A stretch of DNA of 63,997 nt, counting the filler, from an uncultured bacterium (GTDB lineage Bacteria > CAYJOG01), in NCBI GenBank assembly GCA_964371695.1. It is 11 parts of 11 records of this genome, joined end to end, with 100 filler letters (N's around TTAATTAATTAA, not from the genome) between each part and the next. Parts side by side here need not be neighbours in the genome. Positions count along the whole stretch, not along the records: positions 30,596 to 36,568 come from CAYJOG010000194.1; positions 36,669 to 42,635 come from CAYJOG010000195.1; 9 more parts are not named here. One strand, given 5' to 3'. This document shows, one piece after another, positions 32,223-42,735 of the stretch; the first letter of the stretch is position 1; each line of letters starts with the position of its first letter. The notes beneath the pieces are model-generated. The model made no database searches and was not told the origin of the DNA. It worked only from the letters and a program-made list of their open reading frames with translations. A program made the position numbers and the translations under genes.

Positions 32223-32999
32223 ATGAAAAAAAACCTCTCCCTCCCTGTAATGACTTTTGCACTGGCCCTCGCCGCCCGCGCACTGGCGGCCCCCACGGCG
32301 GCGGAAATCGTGAAAAAGTCCGACAGCATCCGCAACCCGTCCAAGCCCTTCAGCATCCGGGTGGGCCTGACCGAATACCGCAAAGGCAAGGCCACCGACA
32401 CCGGCGCGGTGGTGGTGTATTCCAAAATGGAAACCGGCGGCGGCCAGTATCGCAGTCTGGTGCGTTTCGAAGAACCCAAAAAAGACGTGGGCAAGCTCAT
32501 TCTCATGGACGGCAACGTGTTGTGGTTCTACGACCCCGCCGAAAAAGCCAGCGTGCGCATCAGCCCCCAGCAGCGCCTGCTGGGTCAGGCCAGCAACGGC
32601 GACGTAGTCACCATCAATTTTCAGCACGACTACACCGCCACCCTCAAGGCCACCGAAACCATCACCGACGCCGAGCGCAAAAGCCGCACCTGCTACAAAC
32701 TTTTCATGAAGGCCAAAAACAGCAACGTCACCTATGACAGCGCGGAATACTGGGTGGACACCCAATCTTTTGAACCGGTGAAAGGCAAGTTTTTTGCCGA
32801 CAGCGGCCGCCTGCTCAAGACCGCTTATTACCGGGGTTATCAAACCCAGTTGGGGGCCAAACGCCCCACCGAGATTCTCATTCTCGACGGTGTGGACACC
32901 AGCCTCGTCACCCGGCTCAACTACAGCAACTACGTCACCCGCGACATCCCCGAGACGTGGTTCCAGAAAAGCTACCTGCCCCGCTTCAAGCCGGAGTAA
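32223..32999 (+). CDS. LolA-like outer-membrane lipoprotein-sorting protein
   Basis: Signal peptide, LVRFEEP, RISPQQRLLGQASNGD, SGRLLK. Confidence 0.85.
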   Translation: MKKNLSLPVMTFALALAARALAAPTAAEIVKKSDSIRNPSKPFSIRVGLTEYRKGKATDTGAVVVYSKMETGGGQYRSLVRFEEPKKDVGKLILMDGNVLWFYDPAEKASVRISPQQRLLGQASNGDVVTINFQHDYTATLKATETITDAERKSRTCYKLFMKAKNSNVTYDSAEYWVDTQSFEPVKGKFFADSGRLLKTAYYRGYQTQLGAKRPTEILILDGVDTSLVTRLNYSNYVTRDIPETWFQKSYLPRFKPE

Positions 33000-33217
33000 C
33001 GGACGCGACCATGGGGTTTGCAAAAACAAAAAAACCGCTATTCCTTCTCCCGTCCGAAGAATGGGAGAAGGTGGCCGAAGGCCGGATGAGGGCGTCAAAC
33101 AAAAAGACAAAAACCTTATTTGGTGTTTTTCACATCGCCCTCACCCAGTTGCTGGCCAGAAAAGAATGGTCAGCAACCACCCTCTCCCATGCAAAGCACG
33201 GGAGAGGGGAAAGGGTG

Positions 33218-34741
33218 ATGCTTTTTGCATTGTCCAGCGGTGCGACAGCGCCGGAAGATAGCCAAAAAACCAGACAGGTTTTTTTCTCTCGATGGCTTCA
33301 CGCCCTCCTTTTGCTTGGGCTTTGCGGACTGACGCTGGCCGCGCCGGTGCAGGCGGCCAAGGCCAAAAAAAATCCGCCCCCCGCAGCGGAAGACCTGGAT
33401 CTGGAAATGATTCCCGGCGACATTCTCGACGCCGAAACGCCGGAGTCCGCCGTGGGTGAAGACAAAGCCGCCCTGAAAAAATGGGAGACCACCGGCTCGC
33501 TCACCACCGAGTTCCAGCGGCAATATCCCGATCACCGCGTGCCCGTGCCATTGCCGCCGGGCTTTGACAAACACCAGATTCGCCAGGGCCGCACCAGCTT
33601 TTCGTGGCGCGGCACGGGGCGGCTGGGCGCCAAAACCACACTCACCGTGCAGAACCGGGTGAACTGGATTTTCAGCCAGTCTGACGGCCCCAATTCGTTT
33701 CAGACAAGCGGCGATTTGCGCGAGCTTTTTCTCACCTTTCGCCTCAACAAAAAACACTACCTGGACATTGGCCGCGTGAACCTGAAAGAGGGCGTGGCCA
33801 GCGGCTTTAACCCCACCGATCATTTCAAGGCGGGGGCCGTGTCTCTGCGCACCAGCGAAGACCCCAGCAGGCTGCGCGAAGACCGCCTGGGGGCGCTGAT
33901 GGTGCGCTGGCAGACCATCGGCCCCAAAGGCTCGCTCTCGGTGGCCTATGCGCCGCAGGTGCGGGGCGCGGCAGATGCGTGGTTTAACGGCGGGGGTGAT
34001 TTTGCGCTGGCGCTGAACGCCACCAACGGTCTGACGCGGTGGCACGTGAAGTTTGCCCCCGTGTGGTTTGAAGACGACAACCCGGAGTTCATCTACTACA
34101 ACGAGTCGGGCAACGAGCGCGTGGGGCTGAACTGGGCCAAGGGCGTGGGCAACAAACACGTGGTGTATGCCGAACTCAGCGCCCGGCGGGGCGGCGGCGC
34201 GCTGGTGGCCATGGGCGCGGCGGCCCCGGCGGGGCTGGGGGGCGACCCCGCCAAGGTGCGTCAGCAACTGGCGCTGGGGTTTTCTTATGCCGATAACCGC
34301 AAGCGCAATCTGTGGGTGGAATATCACCGCAATCAGGCGGGGTTTTCGGGCAGCGACTGGCGCAAGTGGTTTGACATGGGGGCCATTGGCGGCGCGCTGG
34401 TGCAAGACCCGGCCACCAAAACCCTGGGGGGACAAATCCTGGGCCAATTGTGGAAAACCCGCGTGGTCAACCAGTCACTGTCTGAACCCATGGGCCGCGA
34501 GGTGCTGTTCGCCCGTTACAGCGCCACCGACGCTTACCGCCCCAAACAGGACCTTTCCGCTATCGTGTTTCTGAACCTGCATGATGGCTCGTTGTTTTTT
34601 CAGCCCCGTCTGGATTTCCGACTGAGCGACAGCCGCAGCGCGGGGGCCTCGTGGACATTCCTCGGCGGCAAGGAACGCAGCGAATATGGCAGCGTGCCCC
34701 TGCGAGATGCCGCCCAGGTGGAATACACCCTGCATTTTTGA
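33218..34741 (+). CDS. Putative outer-membrane beta-barrel protein (start uncertain; frame is open from 33011)
   Basis: Signal peptide ending AAPVQA, LRELF..., GFNPTD, C-terminal YTLHF. Confidence 0.65.
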   Translation: MLFALSSGATAPEDSQKTRQVFFSRWLHALLLLGLCGLTLAAPVQAAKAKKNPPPAAEDLDLEMIPGDILDAETPESAVGEDKAALKKWETTGSLTTEFQRQYPDHRVPVPLPPGFDKHQIRQGRTSFSWRGTGRLGAKTTLTVQNRVNWIFSQSDGPNSFQTSGDLRELFLTFRLNKKHYLDIGRVNLKEGVASGFNPTDHFKAGAVSLRTSEDPSRLREDRLGALMVRWQTIGPKGSLSVAYAPQVRGAADAWFNGGGDFALALNATNGLTRWHVKFAPVWFEDDNPEFIYYNESGNERVGLNWAKGVGNKHVVYAELSARRGGGALVAMGAAAPAGLGGDPAKVRQQLALGFSYADNRKRNLWVEYHRNQAGFSGSDWRKWFDMGAIGGALVQDPATKTLGGQILGQLWKTRVVNQSLSEPMGREVLFARYSATDAYRPKQDLSAIVFLNLHDGSLFFQPRLDFRLSDSRSAGASWTFLGGKERSEYGSVPLRDAAQVEYTLHF

Positions 34742-36069
34742 TGCCTGCTCACACCGAAGAACTCAGCATCCGCGACCTCAACCACACGGGCCAGGGTGTG
34801 GGTGTGGGGCCGGGCGGCGTGGCCACCTTTGTCACCGGCGCGCTGGTGGGCGAACGGGTGCGCGTGGCCATCACGCAAAACAAAAAAAATCACCGTGTGG
34901 GCCAGTTGCTGCAAGTGCTGGAACCTTCGCCCCAGCGCGCCGCGCCATTTTGCGAAGCCTATGGCCGCTGCGGTGGCTGCCAGTTGCAGCATCTGGATTA
35001 TCCGGGTCAGCTCACGTGGAAGGCGCGTTATCTCAAAGAAACACTGCGCCGGTTGGGGGGCCTGGAGGCGGGCGACGTGGTGGTGCTTTCGGGTCGGGAC
35101 CGCGACTGCCGCGCCACGTTGCGTCTCGTGGCCCAGCCCGGTGAACACACCCTGCGCCTGGGGTTTTTTGAAGCACGCTCGCACCAGCTCGCGCCCATCG
35201 CGGCCTGCCCTGTTTCTGCGCCGCCCCTGGGCCGCGCGCTGGACTGGCTGCATCAACTGGCCGCACAAAACGTGGGCGCACTCGCGGGCCTCAGCGCCGT
35301 GGGGCTGCGCTGCAACACGGCGGGGGAGGTGGTGGTGCTGCTGAGCGGCGAGGTGCGCCTGGATGAAAAGATTTTTCCGCCGCCGCCTCCCATTGTGGGC
35401 GTGGCCCTGTGCGACAAACCCAAAGGCAACCGCTTGTTTGCCGAACACTGGCGCACCACCTGGGGCCATCCGCGCCTCACCGAAAACCGCCTGGGTTTTG
35501 AGGGGCTGAGGCTCAGCCCCGGCTCGTTCATGCAGGCCCACCCGGCGGTGCATGACCTGTTCCTGCGCTGGCTGGAGGACTTTGCCCGCACACAGCCCCC
35601 CGGCGCGGTGGCGGACCTGTTTGCAGGCACGGGGCTGAGTTCGCTGGTGTTTGCGCGAGCGGGCCACCGCGTGGTGAGTGTGGAGTCGGGCCGGTCCAGC
35701 CACGAAGATGCCGTGGTCAATCTGCGCCACGCGAAACAGGGTGAAACAGAAACCGGCTCTCAGGCTCTGGCGGTGCGCGCCCTGGCCGAGGACTGGCTCG
35801 CCGACCAGTCCCCCGGCGGCTTTGCGGGTGTTTTTCTCAACCCGCCCCGCAAGGGTCTGTTGCCCGGCGGCGCGGCGGCGCTCGCGGCCCTTGGCCCCCA
35901 GTGGATTGTGTATCAATCCTGCAACGCCGCCAGTCTGGCCCGCGACACCGGCGCGCTGGCCCAGACGGGTTATGGCCTCACCCACACCCTGCTGCTGGAC
36001 TTTTTCCCCCACACCGCCCACCTCGAAGCCGTGGTGGTGATGGAAAAGCATCGCTCTCACCCCTGCTAA
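34741..36069 (+). CDS. rlmD: 23S rRNA m5U methyltransferase, RlmD/TrmA family
   Basis: TRAM domain, CxxYGRCGGC, SFMQ, DLFAGTG, NPPR, SCN, FPHTAHLE. Confidence 0.8.
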   Translation: MPAHTEELSIRDLNHTGQGVGVGPGGVATFVTGALVGERVRVAITQNKKNHRVGQLLQVLEPSPQRAAPFCEAYGRCGGCQLQHLDYPGQLTWKARYLKETLRRLGGLEAGDVVVLSGRDRDCRATLRLVAQPGEHTLRLGFFEARSHQLAPIAACPVSAPPLGRALDWLHQLAAQNVGALAGLSAVGLRCNTAGEVVVLLSGEVRLDEKIFPPPPPIVGVALCDKPKGNRLFAEHWRTTWGHPRLTENRLGFEGLRLSPGSFMQAHPAVHDLFLRWLEDFARTQPPGAVADLFAGTGLSSLVFARAGHRVVSVESGRSSHEDAVVNLRHAKQGETETGSQALAVRALAEDWLADQSPGGFAGVFLNPPRKGLLPGGAAALAALGPQWIVYQSCNAASLARDTGALAQTGYGLTHTLLLDFFPHTAHLEAVVVMEKHRSHPC

Positions 36070-36078
36070 ACTTTCTTC

Positions 36079-36297
36079 ATGGCCCGGCAGGTGCAGATCC
36101 GAATCAAACCCGACGGCAGCATTGAGGCCGAAACCCTGGGGCTGAAGGGCGCCCGTTGCCTGGACGTGTTGCCCCAACTGGAAACCATGCTGGGGGCGCT
36201 GGCCACAGAGAGCGAATACACCGCCGAATATCACGAAACCGAACAGGCGGTGGAAGAACAGCAGCGCACACAAACCGTGACCGAATGGCGCGAATGA
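36079..36297 (+). CDS. Small DUF2997-like protein
   Basis: IRIKPDGSIEAETLGLKGARC...TAEY. Confidence 0.75.
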   Translation: MARQVQIRIKPDGSIEAETLGLKGARCLDVLPQLETMLGALATESEYTAEYHETEQAVEEQQRTQTVTEWRE

Positions 36298-36354
36298 GCG
36301 GCGAGGCAGCCATCTTTGTTCATTTTTCATAAGTTTATGCACTCCAACATCGTG

Positions 36355-36563
36355 CCCTCTCCCCTATGGGGAGAGGGTGCCCCGAAGGGGCGGGTAATGG
36401 GCGCGGGGGGGCATTTGGGGTTGCGGCAGCATGTTGATGCTGCCGGGCGCGCCCAGCGGCACGACAGTGCCGGGGCAAAATATAAGCGAAAAATCAAAAA
36501 GCAGTGGTTTTTTGCCTTTGAATAAACCCCTCGCCCCAACCCTCTCCCTCAAGGGGAGAGGGG
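36355..36563. repeat. CCCTCTCCC-loop-GGGAGAGGG palindromic repeat family. Also near 8804, 12356, 14679, 14835, 24334, 33044, 33180, 51729, 51913 and 52539.
   Basis: Recurrent intergenic hairpin; shared flank TAAGTTTATGCACTCCAACATCGT at 12330 and 36330. Confidence 0.85.
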
Positions 36564-36670
36564 GCAGGNNNNNNNNNNNNNNNNNNNNNNNNNNNNNNNN
36601 NNNNNNNNNNNNTTAATTAATTAANNNNNNNNNNNNNNNNNNNNNNNNNNNNNNNNNNNNNNNNNNNNCC

Positions 36671-39600
36671 GTGGGGGTGCAGGTGTGGGTGGACAGTCAC
36701 GAGGACCTGCCCAGCGTCATTATTCAGCGTCTTGCCAAAAGTGGTCTTAAGGCTGGTCCCAACGTGGTGCTGAAGCTTTCCGGCGCTTATAACGATCCCG
36801 CTCTGATGGCCACCGGCAACAACGACCGCTGGGCCTTGGAGCGCATGCAGGCCTGGCCTCTGATGCGCGAAGCCGGTTTTGACCAGATGGGTGTGACCGT
36901 GGCGCTGCTGGACACCGGTGTGCAGGCGGATCACCCCGAACTGAACGGTCAGGTGCTGGCGGGGCCTAACTTTATCGACAGCGGCAGCAGCCTTTCCGAC
37001 GCCCACGGCCACGGCACCGCGCTCGCGGGTGTCATCGCGGGCCTTGCAGACAACAACAAGGGGGCTGCCGGTGTCTGCGCGGGTTGCAAGGTGCAGTCCA
37101 TCAAGGTGTGCAACGGCCAGGGCGAATGCCCGGCAGGCGCGGTCATCGCGGGTCTGGCCCATGTGGCCAGCGAGAAAAAGGCCCGCGTGGTCAACCTTTC
37201 CGTCAACGTTTCCCCCAAAGAAGACATCACCCGCGAACTGCTGGAAAACGTCACCACACTGCTGGCGACCCAGGGTGTGATGGTGGTGGCCAGCGCGGGC
37301 AACGACGGGGCCGACGCGGCCTCTGTGCTGCCCAACGGCCTGAAGGGTGTGTTCAGCGTGGGGGCCACCTCACCCAACGACACGCGGCTTGCAGACAGCA
37401 ACTTCGGCACGGCCCTGGACCTTTACGCCCCCGGCGAAGGTGTGCTGGCCCCGGATCGTTCCGAGGGCTTTCTTTATGTCAAAGGCACCAGCGTGGCCAG
37501 CGCCCTGGTGGCGGGCGGCGCGGCGGCCCTTTTGGCCGAGCGCCCCAGCCTCACGCCCGATCAACTGGGCGCGGCGTTTCAACTCACCGCCTCGCCGGTG
37601 GCGGGTCAGGCCCGTGGGCGGCTCAACCTGCAACTGGCCCGCCCCACCTTTGCCGACCTCAACATTCCCCCCGCCCTCCCCCTCAACCTGAACNNNNNNN
37701 NNNTCTCTGAGGCGGGCACCGTAACAGCCGAGGTGACGGTGCGCGACAACGACAGCGACACCATGAACGTGCTCATCGGCCACGGACTGAAGGGCGAAGT
37801 GCCCACCAGCGAAACCCGCACGCTGAACCCCGGCCAGAAAGAAGCCACCTTCACCGTCACGGTCAAAGCGCCGCAAAACGGCACGGTGGTGCTCACGGTG
37901 TCTGCCACCGACGAAAACGGCGCCCTCACCACACAGAGCGCCGAGCGCACCTTCGAGACCCTGGTGTTGAGCGAACTGGTGCTGGAAGCCAGCGGCGCAG
38001 TGGTGCCCGTGGGGAGCAACGCCGTGTTCACCGTCAAGGCCAAAACCAGCGACGGCGCGGTGAAGGATGTCACCCATCTGGCCCAGTTCGCCTTTGACCC
38101 GGCGGCCAGCCTGATGGCCCTGCCCGGCGGCGCACCGGGGGCCTATATGGCTCTGGTGATGGGGCCGGTGAAGGTCAAGGCCAGTTATGGCGGCCTTTCC
38201 CGCGAAATGGAAATGACCATCGCCGGGGCGAACACCGGCGACGCGTTCCACGTGAGCGCGGGCGACACCGGCACCTTCACCGCGCCCACCGAGTGGGAGG
38301 AATACCTGCGAGACAGCCAGAACAGCAACGACGGCAGCACCAGCCTGGGGCGCGCCGCCATGACACCGCCCCTGGTGGCCAAGTGGACCTATGCTGTGGG
38401 CAGCGAAGGCGTGGCTGCACCGGTGATGACACAGGCCGGGTCGGTGTTTTTCGGCAACGTCAACAACCAGTTCTTCAAGGTCAACACCGCCACGGGTGCG
38501 GATCAGGCCGGACCCACCGCCGAATCCTCCACCCCCGGCGCCAACGCCATCATCACCAGCCTGGGCCGCCTGCATTTTGGTTTTCCGCTGGACGTGATCG
38601 AGCGAGTGTATGACCTCAGCTTCAACCCCATCGGCGCAAGCCCCAATGGGCCGGACATGGATGACTGGTTCAACCGCGACGCCAACGGCGACACCAACCC
38701 CGACAACATCCAGGGGCCCATCGGCATCGCCAGCATCGGCAACGGCGCGCACATCTTTTTTGGCGCGGGCACTGCGGGCAAAAAATACGTCGCCTCGATA
38801 GACACCAGCGTGACGCCGGGCACCGTGCGGTGGAAGTGCGACGTGGCCGGGCAGGTGTTCAGCGTGCCCATGTTCTACAACAACGGCTCCGAGAACGTGC
38901 TCATCGTGGGCGTCGCCATCAGCAACGAAAAATATGTGATGGCGGTGGATACCGATGGCCAGTCTGACGGAGACGCCAACAGCGCGTTTGAGGCGGGCAC
39001 CGCCGCCGCCACCCTGGAAAGCCTCTCGGAAAGCAGCGGCTGCGACGTGGTGTGGACCTACCCCCTGGGCAAGGACGAAACCAACGCCCCCGTGGCCGAC
39101 CCCCCCGGCGGCACCACCGACCTCAACGCGGGTTCCATGGGCGCCCAGGGCATCATTCGCGGCGGCAGGCTCTATTTCGGCGTCACCGCCAAAAACAACA
39201 CCCACCGTGGTCAGGTGTTCGCCATTGACCCCAACGACGGCAACACCACCGGCACGCTCAACCCCGCCTTTGACAGCGTACACAGCAACGCCGTGTGGCG
39301 CGCCAGCGGCCTGAACGGCTGCGTGTTTTCCACGCCCGTTGCGGCCAACGTGGACGGCAGTGAAATGCTGTTTGCCGGCACCGGCACCAGCAGCGCGGTG
39401 AACGGTTCCTTCTGCGCCACGGATGTTGGCCAGACCCTGTATGCCCTCAACGCCGCCACCGGCGCCACCGTGTGGAGCTACCTGAACGGCCTGAACACCA
39501 ACGCGCCTGCCAACCGCAGCAACTATTTCCACGCGCCCCTCAAATACACCACCGGCGCGGTGGCCCCCGGCGTGGCCGACACCAGCGGCATTCTGTGGGC

Positions 39601-42600
39601 CCACACCAAAAGCAACCTGCTGGCCTTTGACGCCAACCCCGCCGACGGCACCGACCACGGCGCAGCGGACTTTGGCGGCACGGCCAGTGACCTTGTGTGG
39701 CGTTATCTGGCCACCGCCAACGAAAGCCAGGGTCTGGCGGTGCCCGCGTTCCGCAACGGCGTGATGGTCACCAACCTGGCCAACAACGCCTATGGTTTCG
39801 CCAGTCCCATCAAGCCCCCGGTGCTCACCGGCGCACCCGGTGTGAACTGCACCACCAACGCTGTCACGCTTACGTGGTCCACGCCGCTTCTGAATCTGGA
39901 CGGCACCGCCGCCACCGATCTGGCGGGTTTCAACGTGTACCGCGGCAACGGGGCCACGGCCTCGGCGGCCAGCACGGCGGGTTTCACCCGCGTGGCCGAC
40001 ACGGGCACGCTTGGCCCGGCAGCCACCACCTTCACCGACAACACCACCGTGGCGGGCACCACCTATTACTACGTCGTCACCTCGGTGGACACTGCGGGCA
40101 ACGACACGGTGTTCTGGCAATACAGCGGCCCGCTCAGCGGCTATTCCGCCGCGCCCAACCGCAATCAGTACGACAGCCGCATTTTCCGCGACGCCACCGC
40201 CGCAGCGGGCACCACCACCAACCTGCGCATCAGCGAGAGCGTGGCGCTGTTTTCCACGGGTTCCGCTGTCGCCTTTGGCAGCCTCGCCGACGGTGAAACC
40301 AGCGTCACGCCCGACTGCCAGCGCCCCGCCAAGCCCTCTGGTTTTGGTGTGAGCATGCAGTGCCCCATGCTGGTGTTCGACTGGACAAGCCCCACGCAGG
40401 ACGACGCCCTTGTGGTGGACGGCGTGGGCGACACGGCGCTCACGGGCCTGATCGGCCACAACGTTTACAGCAGCAGCGCGGCCATTGGTGCTGTGGACCC
40501 CTATGTTGACGCCAATCTCAGCATTCTCACGCCGCTCAATGGCGTCAGCACCACCAACCTCATCGCCCAGGTGGGCGCGCCCGGCTCGGCCCAGACATGG
40601 TCCATCAACCCGCTCATCAACATCGCGGCGGCCAACTATGTGGTGACGGCCCACGACAACGCCGTGCCCGCCAGCGACCAGAACGAAAGCTACAGCTCGG
40701 CCCAGGTGAACTTCGCTTATACCTGCCAGCCCGCCAGCAGCCTGTCGGCCAGTTTCATCTTTTCCCAGTGCGGCACCAACAACCCCATCCGCCTCACCTG
40801 GAACGACGTGGACAACGACGGCACCTATCGGGTTTACCGCAAAACCGGCACGAGCACGCCCTATCCCGTCACCGGCGTGGATGTGCCCATCACCACCACA
40901 CCCAACGCGGGTGGCGGGGGCACGATTACGCTGGACGTGAACTACAGCCTCACCGACGGCGCGCAGGAGTTTTATTACGTCACCAGTTGGGACAGCGGCG
41001 CCCAGGAGACCACCCCTGTGCTGCTGAACAGCACCGCTGTGGTGCCCGACTGCAACCCGCCTGATGCCCCCGCCAACCTGAGCGCCAGCGACATCACCAA
41101 CGACGAAGGCATCGGCGGACTTCCCGCGGGTGTCGTCAGCCTGTCGTGGGACGTTGTGGCCCAGGACGCCGCCAGCGGCAGCGGTGGACCCTATGACGTG
41201 ACGGAGTATCACATCCTCCGTTCGCTCACCCTGGGCGGGCCTTATTCGCAGATCGCCTCGGTCTCGGCGGGCGCCACCAGCTACAACGACACCCTGGCCG
41301 ATCTCGCCCCCGGCTCCCAATACGAATCCGGCCCCTATTACTACATCGTGCGGTCCTATGACGGCGTGAACGAAAGCGCTGACAGCAGCGAGGCCAACGC
41401 CACCGTGGTGGACAACGACGCCCCCAACAGCGTGACCACCGCCGGCAGTGTGCTGGTGTGTGGTGCGCCCGCCGTGGCCACGGTCACCTGGACGGCCCCC
41501 ACGCTGAATGACGACGGCGAGGCGCTGCCCGATCTGGCGGGCTTCAACATCTACCGGGGTGTGAACGACCCCACTTTCGCCAGCGCCTCTCTGGTGCTGA
41601 GCGTGAGCGCGGCCACCACCACTTACAGCGATTCCACCACCACGTCGGGCAACACCTATTACTTCTTCATCGAGGCTTACGACGACCGCGCCGCCGGTGC
41701 GGGGGGTCCCAATCTGGCCGCCGTGGTGGCGGGCAGCACCACCAACGTAGCCAACAACTGCATCCCCGATCCGCCGGTGAATGTGTCGGCCTCGAACGTG
41801 ACACCCGACGAAGGCGGCGCCATTGACGTGACCTGGGATCAAAGCCCCAGCGACGACGGTTCCTTCGCCGCCCTGCAATACGAGGTCTACCGCCGCACCG
41901 TGCCGGGAGCCTATGGGGCGGCCATCGCCACCATTCCCGCCACGCAGGCCGCCAGCTACACCTTCAGCGACACCCTGCTGCTGGAAACCACCGTGTACGA
42001 ATACAAGGTGCTGGCGGTGGACGGGGCGTTCTCCTCGCTGGATTCCAACACCAGTCAGGCCCAGCCTTTTGACGAAGCCGCGCCCGCCACACCCACCCTG
42101 CAAACCGTCACCCTCAACTGCCCCGACGCCGACGTGACCTGGGCGCGGCCTTCGCTCAACAGCCTGGGCGCGCCGCTCACGGACCTGGCGGGTTACACCG
42201 TCTATCGCAGCACCGACGGCATTTCCTACAGCGTGCTGGCCACCGTCACCGACACGGTGAGCGACCCGGTCACCTACACCGACGATCCTTCGGCGGCTTA
42301 CCCCGCCGAGGGGGCGACCTATTACTACAAAGTGGTGGCGTTTGACGACGCCGCGCCCCCTGCAGCCAACGACAACGCCAGCAGCCAGAGCAACGCGCTC
42401 AGCGTGGTGAAAACCTGCACCGAGCAGCCCCCCACGCCCACCGCCACGCAGGTGTGCAACACCCTGCCCACACCCAACGACATGACCATCAGCTTCACCA
42501 GCGGCGCAAACGCCCTGGGCGCACCCATCACCACCTTCACCATTCAGGTGGCCAGCAGTGCTGGCGGTCCCTTCAGCAACACCACGCCCGCCACGGTGGC

Positions 42601-42635
42601 CTATGCCGGCCCCAGCACACTGCACTCTGTCAACG
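36671..42635 (+). CDS. Giant S8 (subtilisin-like) peptidase with Ig-like, PQQ-type propeller and FN3-like repeats (partial; internal gap at 37694-37703)
   Basis: LLDTG, HGHGT, SAGN, GTSVAS; LYALNAATGATVW; repeated DLAG(F/Y)x(V/I)YR. Confidence 0.85.
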
Positions 42636-42735
42636 NNNNNNNNNNNNNNNNNNNNNNNNNNNNNNNNNNNNNNNNNNNNTTAATTAATTAANNNNNNNNN
42701 NNNNNNNNNNNNNNNNNNNNNNNNNNNNNNNNNNN

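Noticed and set aside
35836-35852. NPPR instead of DPPR in the RlmD-like enzyme
   Set aside because: Known variant in this methyltransferase family; the catalytic Cys and Glu are intact
37370-42625. 1751-aa minus-strand ORF (likewise 9226-11328, 19055-21589, 49498-51123)
   Set aside because: Shadow ORFs opposite genes with clear motifs
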